From Chrysomallon squamiferum (taxonomy: Eukaryota > Animalia > Mollusca): 64,000 nucleotides of DNA. Numbering within the stretch: position 1 is the first letter of the stretch; every line of letters starts with the position of its first letter. Below the pieces are notes generated by a model. That model was not told where the DNA came from and searched no databases. It saw only the letters and a program-made list of their open reading frames with translations. Shown one piece after another: positions 1 to 31,461 of this stretch. The stretch spans positions 31,744,001 through 31,808,000 of the forward strand of contig CM022671.1 in the NCBI GenBank assembly GCA_012295275.1, in the 5' to 3' direction. A program made the position numbers and the translations under genes.

Positions 1-5299
<5,299 letters not shown>

Positions 5300-5963
5300 A
5301 TTCTAGTAGTTGAAAAAAAAAAAATCTGCATATTGCTTGTAAAATTACATGAAATTAAAATTAACATTAAAAATTAAATCATACAAGATAATATTGTATA
5401 TAGTATTATGCATTCTCATGTTGTTTGTTGACATAATTGTTGTAATTTTTTATTTTTTCTTATAAATAATAATGACAACAACTATAATAATAACAATTTG
5501 TTCATTAGTCACTTAATGAGTGACAATGAGTCGACTGACAGTAGTAGTACATCACTGTGAAACTATTGAATATTGAAAGCTTCTGAATCATAAGTACATT
5601 CACTAATCTGACAGGGAACAAAGTTAAATATATTCTTAAGTAATAATGTCAAACATATGAATTATAATGTTCATTTATCTTTTATAATTATAAATTACAG
5701 ATGACTTGATAGTTGCTGACATAATTATCATCATATGATTAAATATTCGACTAAAGGAAACAAACGATAAAAGATTACAGCTTAATAATAGTGCACACAA
5801 ATATAATCCTCGAAGTGCCAACTTTTTGTTCCCCAAATAATATATCTTATTTTGAAATAGGCATATACATATAAATAAATAAGTGCTAACAATATTGTTT
5901 TAGTTCCCGAGAAAGACGATCGTTTTTTGAAAATTGATAATAAAACATCACGATAAAATGCTC

Positions 5964-6020
5964 ACCGGAAGTTTACAAAGTTGAAGGACGATTCATATTT
6001 GTACAAGTGTCACACCAAGC
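5964..6020 (-). promoter_or_regulatory. Probable non-coding first exon / promoter of the copine
   Basis: Minus-strand donor CCG|GTGAG (exon edge 5966) overlaps an ETS-type motif ACCGGAAGT (5964-5972). The ATG exon starts at an acceptor (exon start 5302), so an upstream exon is required. CpGs reappear here. Confidence 0.5.
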
Positions 6021-6022
6021 TC

Positions 6023-6067
6023 TAAACTAATTTAAAAAATATTTTGTATTATTTTATTTCATTTTAA

Positions 6068-6102
<35 letters not shown>

Positions 6103-6320
6103 TACTACTACTACTACTGTAAATGAGACATGCACAGTGAGTTCTTTATAATTTACGTTGTGCATTTGAAAAATACAATAAACTACATTATATAGTACAT
6201 ATCATCTTACACGGACAGTAATTTTTATGTGTAGTACTCATTGGTGAATCCTGTGGAGAAATGCATAATTAAACTAAACTAATTTAAAGAATATTTTGTA
6301 TAATTTATTTCATTTTAAAA

Positions 6321-6365
<45 letters not shown>

Positions 6366-6468
6366 TGTAAATGAGACATGCACATTTAAAAATACAATAA
6401 ACTACATATCACATGGACAGTAATTTTTATGTGTGGTACTCATTGGTGAAGCCTGTGGAGAAATGCAT
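6023..6468. repeat. Two-copy tandem duplication (about 245 bp and 195 bp units)
   Basis: aaactaatttaaa..tattttgta..actgtaaatgagacatgcaca..gtactcattggtgaa..cctgtggagaaatgcat occurs at about 6023-6267 and 6275-6468. Confidence 0.85.
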
Positions 6469-7671
6469 GTATATTCAATAATTTATGAACTCTCCCACGC
6501 AGACTGCATTATAGAGTAACATATGCAGAAATGAAGAAGGAAGTCTCGACATATTAGGCAAAATACTTTACGCGGTTAAAGTGTGAAATTCAATATGCAC
6601 TCAAAACTATAAATCAAATTTAGGAGGCCTTTAAATACTGAAATAGAAGTGTATCCAGTATGCATATTTAAATACAAATATGGTGTAATAAAGTGATATC
6701 TTATGATTGGTTTTTGTATGTTGGCCTACTCTATGGTGACCCAAGCATAGTAAAGTAGAAGTCTATTTTGGTGTATATGCTTCAAACCACAATTAAAAGT
6801 GTTAAATTACATTTAGCAAAATATTTTTTAAGTGTTAAACAATATTAGAATTCAGCAAACTAAAATTACTATCTCCTTTCTTTGCTTATTTATTATTGTT
6901 GTTATGGTGGTGGTATTATCTTTTCGGGGGGGGATTTGGGGGTTGACTGGTACTTTAAGGCGGGTTACTAGGGCATGTATTCAATAGTTATATTTATAGC
7001 TTATAAGCCACTTTAAAAAAAAAGAAAAGAAAAAAAAAGCAAATATACATCATAACCACGCCCTGAATTCATCACCTAGTTATTCAATCGACCGAATGTA
7101 ATAAAAAGCAGCAGACAAACTTTAATAATTATCTGTTACATGAACAGTAAATGTAAATAATTGTTGTGCGCATGTAATGATGATTCATTAACGCGCGAGC
7201 CATCGAGCGCATGCGCACCAGAATTACTAAAAATACTACGAATGTAAATATAATATTGCCTCAAAATAGAAATAAAAAAATAAGTTATTAAAAAAAAAAA
7301 AAAAAAAAATCTTGTAAATCAAGATCGATGGATTAGTTTACCACACCCCAAACCCCGCAATTTTTAACAATACTTTTGTAAAATATCTACTTGATTCAGA
7401 TTATTCACAATCTACTTTTTCAAGAAGTATAGTTCATATTATCAATATCTAAGACTTCCCTGTCAAAAAAGGAATGTTCTTATCCTAACAGGATGAATAG
7501 TTTGTTTGATTTTGTAGTGCTCAAATTCTGAAGGTAAGTGATATCTGAAAATATTTACCTTAAACAAAACAGGTGAAGTAAATGAAATAACTATAGAGTC
7601 GCAGCTTTAGATGTTCTAAAGTGTATGTTTCTATGTATGTATGTATTTATATATGTATGTATGTTTGTATG

Positions 7672-7702
<31 letters not shown>

Positions 7703-8463
7703 GTGTATGTGTGTATATGTATTTGTGTATATACATGTGTAAATGTATGTATTTACGTTTTTGTGTATGCATATGTTTATATATATAGGTATGTGTATTT
7801 GTATGTACATCTATCTTTCTGTTTGTCTAGTGTATTTGTGTGTGTCTAGGTGTATTACCTTATGTATGTTTGTATGTTAGCTATGTATCCAACATACATA
7901 TACACCTACATACATACATACATACATAAATAGAAAATGGTCAAAAAATATTTTGGTTTTCTTACTTACTAAAAGAAGAAAATTATAATTTATTATATCG
8001 AACTATTAATCTACTGCTCCATACTGAACTGTATGAAAGAGAAAATATGCTTATCAGCGAAAACCAAAAACAAAAATCATCCAAGCGTGAAAATATTTAA
8101 ACAATTCTCGAAATACGTTAATAAGAGACACCTAGCTGTGACGCATAATCAGAAGAAATCAGACGACAGTTAATTTTTAGAAATGAAATGTTAAAAGTAA
8201 ATCAGACGTAAACTGTTTAATATGTAATTATATCACATTATATAGTTACGTATATTTACGTACTGAAATTATTTTGTTGATATTAGACGACAGGTTTACT
8301 AGATGATTATGATATAAAGGTCGCACTTTAGACCACTTAAAAATAAAAATGAATTAGATAAAAATATCTTTACTATACAACGCCCCAGGAAGAAAAACAT
8401 CCAGGGGCTTTTTTTTTTTTTTTCTATTTTTTTTTTCCTTAAACTTTTAAAAAGCTGACAACA

Positions 8464-8639
8464 CACGTGATCGATCCTTCCAGTCTTATCTGTCATATTT
8501 CAGTCACGTGACATAGCAGACGTCTCTCAAGGTGTGCAATTTTGCAAAGCGGAAGATCATTAATATCAACTACACGCTATCCATAACCCAATTTATCTTT
8601 ACTGGCATCATCAAAGGAACATTCGTTTGACATTTTAAG
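8464..8639 (+). promoter_or_regulatory. Probable promoter and non-coding first exon of the gelsolin-like gene
   Basis: E-boxes CACGTG (8464) and GTCACGTGAC (8503-8512), GCGGAAG near 8549, and a strong donor AAG|GTAAGC at 8639/8640. The ATG exon begins at an acceptor (13839). Confidence 0.45.
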
Positions 8640-9019
8640 GTAAGCTTATTTTAGAATCGTAAAATTATATAATTTATATATATATATTTAAAATAAATTT
8701 TAAAAATCCAAGGTGTCACGTCACGCCTTGCAGTAGCCGAACCCAAAGCTAGCCGGTTTTCCACGTTAGAAAATATCGATGGATGAATTTTGTATATCAG
8801 TATATGCTTGCTGTGGTGAAATCAATGGGCGTTGTGATTGTTCAGTAGTTTTATATGCACGGCAAAATATAGTCACGGTTAGATGACTAACCTAGAATTG
8901 GATTTATTAATGTAATATATGAACATTTGTATTTAGAAATTAATGCATTTTGTTAATCTTAAACGACATGAAAGCTAAGCTGAATTTTTATTATGATGTA
9001 ATAAGAGAGGTGTTTTAAA

Positions 9020-9074
<55 letters not shown>

Positions 9075-9802
9075 TATTATATTTCCGTGTTCACTTATCC
9101 TCTTTTCAATACATTAAGTGTTTAACATACTAGCATTATGCATCATCCTAATTTCTACATACTAAATCTATTTCGATATGGTTGATCGATTTCCAGAAAA
9201 CTTTCCATTATACGTATCAGGCTGTTTCTATAGTACTGTCAACATGCTGCACGATTTCCGATATGGCAAGTATGTCTAGGATACTCTAAGCGACATTAAG
9301 TATAAGAAAATTCCAATTAAAAGATTAAGAAAGTAATATACAAAATTATGAATCAGCGTAATGTCGAGTGAAGAAGCCCGGATGATATTTTTCTCCTAAC
9401 CTGACTGTTACGGTCCAGTTGATAGAATTTAACAGAGTTACAGAACCTGTTTGCTGGCTTCCTTCTGTTAGCCCAACGCACAATAGAACTTCATTGTTGA
9501 CACACGTTGCTTATCAATGGATATTCATGACAGCGAAAACCTGATCTATATACAGCACGTTATACAACTTCTGGGTGTTATTTTTAAAGCGAAGGGTCAA
9601 CAGTGACGTCATTAGCACTTTGCGAAATACGATCGACAGAAAAATGAAAAAACGATGTTTTTCTTACACGACATTTAGGTGATAAATATCATTATGTCAA
9701 ATGATATGCATACGGAAAAGTTGGTAGTAATAATATTAATACGAAGAAGTATAAAAGAAAAGGCTGAAGAAGTCCTACAACAATTGCAACACGAGTTATA
9801 AT

Positions 9803-9867
<65 letters not shown>

Positions 9868-9878
9868 TAATAATAATA
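9803..9878. repeat. (AAT)n microsatellite, representative of dozens of AAT/AAC/TAG/ATC tracts
   Basis: Direct reading. Others lie at about 2632-2800, 9020-9072, 12720-12768, 21840-21923, 26700-26752, 27780-27830, 35750-35930 and 60355-60445. Confidence 0.95.
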
Positions 9879-12716
9879 CATCCTAAATAACATAAAAATT
9901 CAGGACATGACAACACAAACCAAGCCAGTGTTCTGTTTATGAATTCGTATGTTTGTATGATTTGATCTAAACATAAATGGCTGCGGCAATAGTAATAATA
10001 GGCTACGCCTTCGGGCTGTTTCAATTAAGCATTGACGCCTGGGTGTAGCTACCCCGAAACAGATAAAACAAATTTATAAACATAATTTATAAAGAGAATT
10101 TTTTCTTCGTCCAGTATTCAGCTTTTATCCTCGAAAGTGAAATAAGGCAATAAACCTGTTTTTACACACCCTATAAAAATTCAAAAAATGATGCCCGGAG
10201 CATTTCCAATTAAGAATAAATAAATATTTGTTAATGACATATCAACGCCTTTTTTATATTAAATATTAACTATTAATACGTATTAGTTTTGTGATTTTCT
10301 GATAATACCATGACAGAAGAAAAAAAGAAGTATTAACTAAGACTGATATGAGCAATTTTCGAAGTAGGTTCCAATATAAAGGAAAGTCCATTTCATGATC
10401 TTTGATATCGGTCTAATCAAGAACAAGACAAGATTTTTGAATCAGTTAAAATGTTAGAATGAGATTTAGCAATCTGTACGATTTAATTTAATATTACTGT
10501 GATTGGAAGTGATTTACATTATTTTTCTTTCTTTACTTTTCCTTATTTATTATTTTTCCTCTTTACTTGTTTTGATTTGTATAAAATTTTAAAGCATAAT
10601 TCGTATCTTTGTCGACATTTTTAGCCGACCGTACAAGTGACTGAATCCTTTGTATTTATTTCCTGTATCAACAATAACTATTTCGACAAATACATATGTT
10701 TCCAAGGAAACATGAATAATAATACGTGCCGTTGCTATTGGTTCCTTTTAACTTCATCACAGTTTTGTGATATCGAGTACCAGTTATTTTTAAACAACTA
10801 AATAAACTATAATTTTTTAAAAATATTATCATTCATTACTTAACAACTCTGTTTTCACTGAACCCAGTATGGAAATGGGTTCGTGTGTCCAACAATAAAG
10901 CTTGGTATCAACTAATCTGAATGAGAAATCAATAAGAACGTTCAGATCGTATCTTGTCTCCGCCAAGAAAATTTTAGTAAATCCTTAATATCTTTAACAT
11001 TGTGAATTTAATTAAGCATTGATAAAAGTTCTGGGTCAGATTTAAAAGATGTATCTTACAATTTATAACTGTATTCCGTGACAATCTTCTGTAGCACAAA
11101 TCTCTGTGGTTTAAAACCAAACCCTGTGTAGGCGACAAATTCTTTAGCATTTTTAGACTTAAATATAAATACATTCGAGGTACCAGGCCTGGAGCTGCCA
11201 TTTAATGCTGAAAATATTTTCTTCGTTAATCAGACTAAAGAGAATAGGATTACACAGATTTAGAAAAGGCGTACCTTCTGCTTTTATGCTGCTAAATTAT
11301 ATGTTTGTCTGTTATCTAGCTATCTATCTTGTCTGTCTGTCTGTCTTTCTGTTATATATCTCTGTCTTGTCTGTTTGCCTCCCTGTCTGTCTGTCTGTCT
11401 GTCTGTCTATCTCTCTATATTTGTATTGAAATCCATTTGGTCTTGAAATTTACATTCATCTAAGTGTTGACGCTCCCCTGTGTCTGACATGGTGGATTAG
11501 CCCTTATCTTTGTGAATAATAAAACAGACATGTATATGTCGTCAGGTTTCTAGTTGTAGCAACAAGCTCTGGAGTAGAATAGTTTACTGTTTGAGTGTAG
11601 CAGTGTGTAAAGAGAAACGAAACTATTTCTAACAGAAGCTACAGGTGTTGTTAATCTAAACCTTTTGAACCTGGAAAGGCAATGTGTGTTCTGAAAAAAA
11701 AAAAAAAAAGAGCTAGAGAGAGAAAATAATTTTAAACAAAATTAAAAAGTAGAAGAAAAAAGACTATATGTGAGAAATAATTCTAAAACAAAACATTTGA
11801 AATAAAGGTAAAGGTTACTGTGACCTTACGTCAGCGAAGAAAGAAAAACAAATGATTATTAACAAGTATAATCAGTTGAAATTTGAATCGATTTATTATC
11901 ATCTTCATCTTGTTATTTTCATCAATATATTCACTTTATTTTCACTAGTTTCAGTATTATCATCATGATGATCGCATGCGCTCGTCATTTTCTATGCTAT
12001 TTTAATTGTCATCATCCTGATGATCATATTCATCGTTTTCTATGCTGTTGGTTTTATGATCATCATCTATGTAACTATTATTATTATTACTACTACTACT
12101 ACTACATCAACTACCGCTACTACAACCACTACTACACAGGCGATCTGAAATAAAAGAGTGTCTTAAAATGTTTGCGTATAATTGTCATCATCATCATTAT
12201 CATCAACAATATCACTTGTTTTGTCAAGAGTGAAAGAATCACCACTGCACAAACCACGATCCCTAATTGCCTAGAAACGTCCTTTGCTGCTATGGCAACA
12301 CGTTTAGTTTAGTTATTTAATGGGCAAAACGGTAAAATCTGTTTAAATACATTTATCAGTACCCTGGCAGGAAAATTCATATACTATCGCAGGATAATGT
12401 TATTTATATCAACAGCTTGATGATGTCGCCTACACCATGTCGACTGCTTTGTATGTAATTGATGTTGCAGTTCGCTAATTGTGTGAACTGGTCTAAGGGA
12501 ATTGCTCCGCCACAGTGTCACAGCGTTGTTTGTTGTCTGCCTGCATCGTGAAAGAAAAACATTGGGAATTAAAAGAGTAGAAATAAATTAAATAAATATT
12601 AAAAATAAGAAGATAACAGACAAAATTCCGAATAACGCGTAAATAATTACAGTAGAGGTTGTAACAACGACATTTGTGATAGAAGCCAGATAATGATGAT
12701 GATGATGATAATAATC

Positions 12717-12769
<53 letters not shown>

Positions 12770-12828
12770 TCTCCAATGGTTTGTGTAATATTTAATATGT
12801 CCTGCTGGCATTACACCCCAATAACACA

Positions 12829-12830
<2 letters not shown>

Positions 12831-12921
<91 letters not shown>
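12831..12921. repeat. (CT)n microsatellite
   Basis: Perfect dinucleotide run. Confidence 0.97.
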
Positions 12922-12923
<2 letters not shown>

Positions 12924-13871
12924 GGGCTCTATTTTTCTCTCTCTTTTTCTTTCTATATATAATGAATACAATGACCACTGTCGACTACTTCATCCTAAAT
13001 TTGGATGTAAGATAATCAAATACGAGTCATAAAAATATACTGCAGTCACTAGTATTCATGCTGAGTGTTGGTATGGTGTTGTAAAATTTATTGTCCATGA
13101 GGACACATTAACTGTCTGCATTCACTCGGTATTTCGTGAATGAAACATCAAAATCAGTAACACTCTTCGGTTTTGTCTCTCGTTGATAGTAAAATAAATA
13201 AAAAAAAAAAATCCTACTTCTTAATGAACGATGTTAATTTTGGACATTAACGCCTACTCAGCTATGCTGGGAAATACATACAGCCAGCTGTAGGAAATGT
13301 GTGATTGTAATAAAGAGAGATAGAGAGATTTTTAGAGAGAGCAAGAAAGAAACAGAGACAGACAAGGGACAGAGAGACTGACACTGAAATGGACAAATGA
13401 ATAGATGATAGAAGAATGGGTATGTGAGTTGAGAGATAGAGACAGATGTATGAACTAAATACATACATGCATACATACATGCATGATTGCATACATATAT
13501 ACATACGTACATACATACATACATACATACTGAGTAAATAAATAAATAAATAAATAAATAAGCGAAATAATCAAATACTCACAGCAAAATGTTTATTAAT
13601 ATTAAAAATATTAAAGGCCCACCCCATTCATCAAATGGCCTACGGTAAAAATTCATAAACAATACCATAGTGAAAACAGATAACAATACCGTGTATTGTC
13701 ATTCAGTACGTCACAGCCCTTGATTCATGAATAGAGAAATACTTTTAAAAACCTGTGGAAAAAAGTCGTGACAGAAATGAAAGGATAACGCGCATTGAGA
13801 CATATATATATTAACAAGTAAATTTGTTTCTGTTTCAGATTCCCCAGTAATAAAGGAAAGAAATCACCAAA

Positions 13872-27289
<13,418 letters not shown>

Positions 27290-27777
27290 TCATAAAAAAA
27301 GAGAATTCACTGTGTTTTCGTGTTAGAAAAAGAAAAGAAACCCGCATCTATATGTGTTGCAAACTATATAACTCTTGTAAATATCGTCAAGTTCACCACA
27401 AGAAGTTTAAATACATGTATATGTGTATCAGTTATTTTTAGATCTTTACATACAGCATATATTTACTAACTTACTGGTAGATGATGACCTTGGTGTATCT
27501 GTATAGGCGTATTCATACGCAGTGATTGTCTAAAACGACTTAATCTGAATCATTAAAATCGTTTAGATTCAATATTTTGGCCTTTTGGAATATAAATTGA
27601 TTTTCTCGCTCTTTTTATCTCTTTATGAAGAATGAATGAATGACAAGCATGCATACAGATAGATATCACACACACAAACACACACTCTTAAATTGCGTTT
27701 ATCACTTATTTTTCAACCTATTTTGGTATCTAATTTGAAATCTAATTTAAAATAAATTACAAAAAAACAACAACAGC

Positions 27778-27831
<54 letters not shown>

Positions 27832-28855
27832 TAACAATAACAACAAAAATAATAACAATGAGAATGCATAAGACAACCAGAATTACTATAATTTTATACC
27901 ATCGTTTTAACATGCAGCTGAAAGCTATGAAGTAATTTAATTGTTGTCAGAATACGAGCCACAAGTGAAAACCTCATAGTAACAGCTTTTACTGTTATTC
28001 TGCTGTAAGTTTAAATATAAGCTTTAACACACATAACAAGGTCTGTCACCAATATCGATCGGTATTATTATAATAAATACACATTTAATATACGCATATA
28101 TATATAATTTGTGTGTATATATGTATATCTGTGCTATTTTGAAGACAGTTATTATTCTGCTCATTTACATAACAAGTTAGACATATAATTCTATGCTTTA
28201 TTGTTAAATGAACGTAAAATTACATGTACAATATTAAACAGTGCCTTAATTAGTTTAGAACGTTTTTATTAACTTTGGGTTAGTAAAGGTAAATATTAAT
28301 AAAGTCTAGAAGCAATGAGCGGTGATATTTTACGTACTTATCTTCAAACAATTTTGTTTATTAATGTTTTGTTTTTATTTTATTTTATTTTTTTTTTTTT
28401 TTTGTTTGTTTTTTTTTTATTGTGTTTTTTTTTTTTTTAAATTCGAGAAAATAGAACATTTGCTTTATTTACATTTGTATCTTTAAGAAGCAAAATAGTT
28501 TAATATTTTTCTCTTATTTTAACTTTTTTTTTTCTTTTTGGTTATTATTGTTAATAATAGATTAATATATAAATTCTTTCTTCATGCAACTATGTTTTAT
28601 TAAGGTCATTATGTTTTAAAATAACGCTTAATAAATGTATCTATTTGATAAATATGCACTGTTTTTCATACTTTGTCTTTCTCTGCATGCAGACGTACAT
28701 AAATTCACTTATTTTGAAATCAAGAACAATAAGTAACGGAACAATTTACACACGGATACATCCATTTATACGTACATCGCAATATTTATATAAACACTTA
28801 TATCCATACATACACATTTATGTATAATGCGTATGTGTATGTGTGTGTGTGTGTA

Positions 28856-28903
<48 letters not shown>

Positions 28904-28942
28904 ACACATAAATACATACTCAGTCATATAAACACACACACT

Positions 28943-28982
<40 letters not shown>

Positions 28983-29259
28983 CACATACATATACAAATA
29001 TATATGTCTACATTTTTATCTTTTAAAAAAATTGGGCACGTACATAAATAAAGAAATGGAAGAATGACAGAAAGAGGCGTGAGATCACATTTATTAGGAG
29101 AACAGACTCTGTTATTATTTGTAAAATGATCCTTTCGCCTGTCTTGCCGCCCCCATTTGTTTCCCCGTCAGATTAGAAAATGACTATAATACTGGTAAAA
29201 TAAACCCAATGTGTCATCTGTTTATGACAGAATAACAGAGCTATTACTATTATTATCTT

Positions 29260-29480
29260 TGTTATTTATCCATGTTCCTGTAATCATGCGGAAAATAATC
29301 GAGTCCTAGTTTGTTATTATTAAATGTCGTTATATTTAGAATTCATCACTTTTAGATCGTACTGCAGAGGAGTTACATTTGTGTCAGTGTTTTTGCTACA
29401 GTTCCTAAATATTATTTTAATTAATCATTAATAGTCGATTACGTATTATTTGTGTATATCGCTATAGCAGACAAGCATTA
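29260..29480. repeat. Dispersed repeat, copy 2
   Basis: Matches 25510-25840 but lacks the T/G-rich expansion seen in copy 1. Confidence 0.8.
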
Positions 29481-31334
29481 TATTTAGCAAAAATAACAGG
29501 TTAAAGCAGAAATTGTAAGAATATTTTATTTTAACAAGCGGTTAATATCTTCAACAGTGGCCGCAACGGAAAAAAATATGAAAGGTTGTGAAAAGCGGAT
29601 TGATCCAGTAACCTATGTTTTGTTAAAAGAAATCCTTTTAGAATAACAACAGAATGAGTGAAGCAAGCAACACTATGAAACAAACGTAGATTCTTGAGTT
29701 TGGAATGAACAAATGCTTGCATACAGTTCTTGTTTTAATTAAAAGTTATTAAGTATCAAACATAATTTTGCATTGACGGTGAACGGTAGAAAAACCTAAC
29801 TGCTGCCAAACCATATAACTTTTATTCCTTTGTGTAGTTATCTGCATCACGTTTTTCTTTTTAATTGTTCATGGCTATTATTATTATTTTTTTTTTTTTT
29901 TTTTTTTTTTAATAATATACTAACAAGAAGTGTTATTTATATACAGATTCCTTTAGACACGAACACATTATTTTACAACAGACTTTGATACACTAGTGTG
30001 GAGCTCTGACCAGAATGGGGAAATTTCTCTATAGAGTGATGAATATTGATCGTGTGGAGTTCAGTTTTTTCAGACCATTACTATGCATGTATTTGGTAGA
30101 ATGTTGAAACGTCATCAATATATCCCTGTACTGTGTAATCTGTCGTCCTAAATCCTGCATTCGAAATAATATACTTGATCAACATTACCACCGTTTCTAC
30201 CTACAACTTAATGATACCCTTGAATAGTTTGAGCTATTTCTAATACAGGGAGGAACAGACAGGAACAGATAACTGATTGTTACTGGATAAAATTTTCTTA
30301 GTTTCTTGTTATCTGTGCAAGAGGTAACATTGTAGAGCACTCGAAATTTTATATCAAATACTGAAATAAATTTTCTATCAAATACTGAAAGAAATTTTCA
30401 ATTTAATTAGTTGCCGATGATCGATTTTGTGTCCCGGTGATAAGTAATTATTCTTGAAGTAATTTCAAAGTGAGACACTCCTTGGCACACACCCTCCTGG
30501 ATGTGAGTAGATTTTCTTTCTTCCGAGCCATTCAAGTGGTAAGCACGTGGTAGTTCATGTATTATACATGTCAGGTTAAATGAAGTTAAACTTCAAGACC
30601 GTGTTTGTGTCGTCCATCTTCTGTCGGTTTTGCAGAAATAAAATCCTTCAGTATAATATATTAGTTTCGTTCAGTTTATTTATTTATTTATTCATTTATT
30701 TAATTATTTATTTATTTACTTATTGATTTATTGATTGATTGATTGATTTATTTATTTATTCGTTTGTTTGTCTGTTTGGTTGGTTGCTTGGTTGATTATT
30801 TATTTATATTTAACGTAAGAATTATCCATACATCAGTTTTAATCCATGTTTCTCTAAAAGCTATTTTGAGATACTGATATTTTGAAATTTTGAAATATTC
30901 ATTGCATAGCAAATAAATCATTAATTTTAGGAGGGTTATGGTACTGTTACAGAATAATTTTGAAGCAATTTTCTTTTGTTATTTTTTTTATATCTATTTA
31001 TCGATGTATAAATCTTTAATTCTATGCAGACATATCGACCAGTTCGTTTGTTTGTCTGTGTATATGCATAACTATTTGCCTGTCGTCTCTCTGCTTATAC
31101 ATCTATCAATCAGTCCTCCAGTACTGAACAATACATTCATGATGTCTGTATATCAGAATATGTCTGCCACTGTCTGAGATAAAATGAAAGAGAAAGAGAG
31201 TATGAAAAAGTGAGTAAGGAAGAGTGAGTGCTGGATTGAGAGTGTGAGAGGGAGAGTGAAAGCGAGAGTATGGGAGAGAGAGAGAGGGCAAAAGGAAGAA
31301 AACGTGGGATAAAGCAGAAAGAGACAGAGTGTGG

Positions 31335-31461
<127 letters not shown>

